Part shown: in pieces, positions 63,456 to 64,000 of the stretch
How the letters are laid out: every line of letters starts with the position of its first letter
Numbering within the stretch: the first letter of the stretch is position 1
Assembly (NCBI RefSeq): GCF_009834535.1
Contig: NC_045697.1
Span: 67,458,001 to 67,522,000 of the forward strand
Source: Camelus ferus
Taxonomy: Eukaryota
DNA length: 64,000 bases
Direction of reading: 5' to 3'
Translations under genes and position numbers: made by a program
The notes under the pieces: generated by a model
Told to the model about the DNA's origin: nothing
Seen by the model: the letters and a program-made list of their open reading frames with translations, nothing else
Databases searched by the model: none

Positions 63456-64000
63456 TTGATAGACAGGATCAAATCCCATCTCAACACAACTGGTGACATG
63501 TTGGCATTGACAAAGGAGAAAAGAGACTATACATCTGTAGAATTATAATTACTAGCTGGCAGGTACCAACAGGAGCCAGGAAAGTACTCTGAAACTGGAT
63601 GTTAAGAGTGCTTGATCAAAAGACTTGATAGAATGATAGTCTGGAAAGCAAAATTCATTGACTTGGGGACTGCTTTCTCTGACAGGGGATTTAACACCCT
63701 GACAAAAACTTCAGGGGACAGGTTAAATTCACTGCTGGGTGGCTCTTGGAAACCTGGGATAAGTAATGGCCAACTCTCAGTGAAACAGTGGTGCCTGAGT
63801 TTCCCTAGCAGAGCCTAAAGGGAGGAAAATAAAGGCTGAGGGAAGTAAGTGGTAATGCTTACTTATTAGGTTCAGTCAGTTATATTAGATGAAGCCAGAA
63901 GATCCCTTAGAGGAGTGTGCTCCATGAGAGGACCCATCAAGAATGTGGTGATGAGTTGGGGCACCCCACCAACATCATTAAGAAGTTCAATGATGGCTGT
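63456..64000 (+). mobile_element. ERVL-class gag, capsid-side part, decayed; runs off the window
   Basis: IKSHLNTTGDMLALTKEKRDYTSVEL*LLAGRYQQEPGKY / WMLRVLDQ / KFIDLGTAFSDRGFNTLTKTSGDRLNSLLG / WLLETWDK*WPTLSE...RLREV...SLRSSMMA are ERVL gag motifs with stops and frameshifts. Confidence 0.88.

Noticed and set aside
63456..64000. Domesticated Fv1-like gag gene
   Set aside because: Multiple stops and frameshifts plus the inverted N-terminal part; no intact frame.
1..64000. CRISPR array, operon or other prokaryotic/viral defence system
   Set aside because: No repeat-spacer array, no dense coding; the sequence is mammalian non-coding DNA.

Overview
AT-rich placental-mammal genomic DNA, most likely camelid (camel/alpaca/llama), because it carries two tRNA-Ala-derived Vic-1-type SINEs. 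I can support no intact protein-coding gene, true RNA gene, CRISPR array or prokaryote-type system. Much of the window is layered transposon debris: old and young LINE-1, L2, MIR, hAT-Charlie (Charlie1a, MER58, MER5), Tigger1, and MaLR/ERVL/ERV1/Gypsy-like LTRs. The ORF-track entries I could assign are repeat-derived or low-complexity. The most interesting structures are: (1) a decayed ERVL gag whose 5' part is inverted, with a 13-bp inverted overlap at the breakpoints, a geometry matching L1 twin priming; (2) a probable ~1 kb retroposed mRNA 3' UTR with a (TAAA)n tail; (3) young internal L1 fragments at the truncation points of older L1s; (4) a speculative chain of phase-compatible minus-strand exons at 37-42.6 kb. 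Repeat family names come from recognition of consensus sequences from memory, not from a database search, and boundaries of old elements are approximate.
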